64,000 nucleotides of DNA, from contig CM126209.1 of the NCBI GenBank assembly GCA_052327205.1, forward strand, positions 270,134,001 to 270,198,000, given 5' to 3'. The DNA comes from Somniosus microcephalus (taxonomy: Eukaryota). The first letter of the stretch is position 1, and every line of letters begins with the position of its first letter. This document shows, piece by piece, positions 61,638-64,000 of the stretch. A program made the translations under genes and the position numbers. The notes below the pieces were generated by a model. The model did not search any database. It was not told where the DNA came from and saw only the letters and a list, made by a program, of their open reading frames with translations.

Positions 61638-62434
61638 GTGAGGCAGGAATCCAGCTCCTGCACACTGTGATTGTGGTTGGCTGCAGGATCCTGAGACTAG
61701 GGCTTACTGGGATAAAGCAGTGAAATAACTGGGGGGAATGTTAATAAAGAACAGGAGCAGGGAATGCCATTAAGACACAAGTCTGTCCCACTTCAATGGT
61801 TGTCAACTGGCCTCTCATCAAGTCCCTCAACCCCGTCTCTCTCTGCAGGAACACACCTGATTGTCTCTCGAATCTTTTCCCTAGTTCCTCCATTCTTCTC
61901 TGTGCATTCTCGGCCTTGGCCCTGAGCCGATCAAACCTCGACGTATCCATCTCTGAAACATGCCCCTCTCTTGCGCTCTGCTGCTGAAGTTGTAATCCAC
62001 ACCGTCACTCCAATGGCTCAGTTCCTCAGTGTCCCATCCCTCGCCACCATTCACAAACCTAATGCTGTCCAGTACTTTGCACTCCGTGTCCCGTCTCGCA
62101 CACAGACCCACACTCTGTCCTTGTCAAGTCCCACTGGCTTCCTTTCCCCATGTGCGTTGACTTGGCCTTCACCCTCGTATCCCTCCACATTACACAGGAA
62201 CAGGAGGAGGCCCCTCGAGCCTGTTCCGCCATCCAATGGCTGATCTGTATCTTGACTCCTGTGAGCTTCTCTAGCTGTATGTCCCAACTTCCACCCCACG
62301 CTCTCTGCTCAGAATACTTGTCCGCCTGACCCCCCTCTCCCCTCCCCCTCCATTTCCACCATCAGAGGATGATGCCTCAGTCATTGCACCCTTACTTTGC
62401 CCTCGCAATCTCTGTCCCTTCAAAAACCACCTTT

Positions 62435-62850
62435 TAAAAAAAATTGATTCCTGGGATGTGGGCCTCGCTGGCAAGGCCGGCATTTATTGCCCATCCGTAA
62501 TCGCCCTTGAGAAGGTGGTGGTGAGCCGCCTCCTGGAACCGCTGCAGTCCGTGTGGTGAAGGTGCTCCCACAGTGCTGTTAGGGAGGGAGTTCCAGGATT
62601 TTGGCCCAGCGACGATGAAGGATCGGCGATATACTTTCAAGTCAGGATGGTGTGTGACTTGGAGGGGAACTTGGAGGTGGTGGTGTTCCCATGCGCCTGC
62701 TGCCCTTGTCCTTCTAGGTGGAGGAGGTCGCGGGTTTGGGAGGTGCTGCCGAAGAAGCCTTGGTGAGTTGCTGCAGTGCATCTTGTAGATGGTACACACT
62801 GCAGCCACGGTGCGCCGGTGGTGGAGGGAGTGAATGTTTAAGGTGGTGGA
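62435..62850 (-). mobile_element. 3' fragment of the second CR1-clade family
   Basis: NIHSLHHRRTVAAVCTIYKMHCSNSP. Confidence 0.88.
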
Positions 62851-62854
62851 TTCG

Positions 62855-63905
62855 CCATTCAGTGAGATCATGGCTGATCTGTGACCTAACTCCATACACC
62901 CGCCTTTGGCCCCTATCCCTCTTTGGTTAACAGAAAGCTATCAATCTCCGATTTAAAATTAACAATTGATCCAGCATCAATTGCCCATTGTGGAAGAGAG
63001 TTCCAAACTTCTACCACCCTTTGTGTGTAGAAGTGTTTCCTAATTTCACTCCTGAAAGGTCTGGCTCTAATTTTTAGACTCTGCCCCCTAGTCCTAGACT
63101 CCCCAACCAGCGGAAATAGTTTCTCTCTCTCTACCCTATCTGTTCCTCTTAATACCCTGAAAACTTCGATCGGATCACCCCTTAACCTTCTAAATTCTAG
63201 GGAATACAACCCTAGTTTGTGTAATAACAACAGAAAATGCTGGAAAAACTCAGCAGGTCAGGCAACATCCGTGGACAGAAATTTGAGTTCTCCGAGTTTG
63301 TGTAATCTCTCCTCGTAATTTAACCCTCGAAGCCCGGGTATCATTCTGGTAAACCTACGCTGCACTCCCTCCAAGGCCAGTATATCTTTCCTAAGGTGTG
63401 GGGCCCAGAACTGCTCCCAGTGCTCCAGGTGTGGTCTAACCAGGGCTTTGTACAGCTGCAGCATAACTTCTACTCCCTTGTACTCTAGTCCTCTCGATAT
63501 AAAGGACAGCATTCTATTAGATTTTTGATTATTTCCTGTACCTGTTCCTGACATTTTAATGATCGATGTACCTGGACTCTCCCCAAGTTTCTTTGGACCT
63601 CCACTGTTTTTAGCCTTTCACCATTTAGAAAGTACCCTGTTCGATCCTTTTTAGGTCCAAAGTGGATGACCTCACATTTGCCGACACTGAAATCCATTTG
63701 CCAGTTTTGCCCATTCACTTAATCTGTCGATATCCCTCTGTAATTTTATGCTTCCCTCTACACTGCCTACAATGCCGCCTATCTTTGTGTCATCGGCAAA
63801 TTGGGATATATGACTTTCTATCTCATCATCTAAGTCATTAATAAATACGGTGAATAGTTGAGGTCCCAACACAGACACCACTAGTCACATCCTGCCAATT
63901 TGAGC
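62855..63905 (-). mobile_element. CR1 fragment with a short Penelope pLTR insertion (about 63226-63294)
   Basis: CR1 motifs in ORFs 62913-63881. The insert is flanked by AGTTTGTGTAAT. Confidence 0.85.
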
Positions 63906-63909
63906 ACGT

Positions 63910-64000
63910 ACCCGCATGGGCCCTAGCTATGCCTGCCTTTTCGTGGGATATGTGGAACATTCTTTGTTCCAGTCCTACTGAGGTCCCCTCCCTCACCTCT
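63910..64000 (+). mobile_element. Penelope-like RT fragment
   Basis: Translates as TRMGPSYACLFVGYVEHSLFQSY*, the Penelope RT (G)xxMGxxxA motif. Confidence 0.75.

Overview
This is eukaryotic, repeat-rich vertebrate DNA. The CR1/L2/V-SINE/Deu-SINE/Penelope repertoire points to a cartilaginous fish (inference). It holds the last two exons of HMMR (12909-13071, 16603-16622) followed on the same strand by the first four coding exons of MAT2B (44161-44223, 51116-51310, 57087-57201, 61485-61637), the gene order known from other vertebrates. There is also a candidate alternative MAT2B first exon (MEQ|gt at 30719-30727). The rest is mobile DNA: an ORF-intact Ty3/Gypsy element with its 3' LTR, many CR1/L2/RTE/RTE-X/Rex1 fragments, Penelope-like insertions with hammerhead-ribozyme cores, two MITEs, SINEs, and about 12 GC-rich minisatellite arrays, several visibly expanded from inside transposons. 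I found no prokaryotic system or CRISPR array, and nothing I can call a clearly new biological system. The best leads are a palindromic hammerhead mini-element, repeated minisatellite birth from transposon segments, inverted SINE arrays around MAT2B exon 2, the YLDN reverse transcriptase and a 15-CCAAT promoter. Family names come from motif recognition, not database searches, and boundaries of decayed fragments are approximate.
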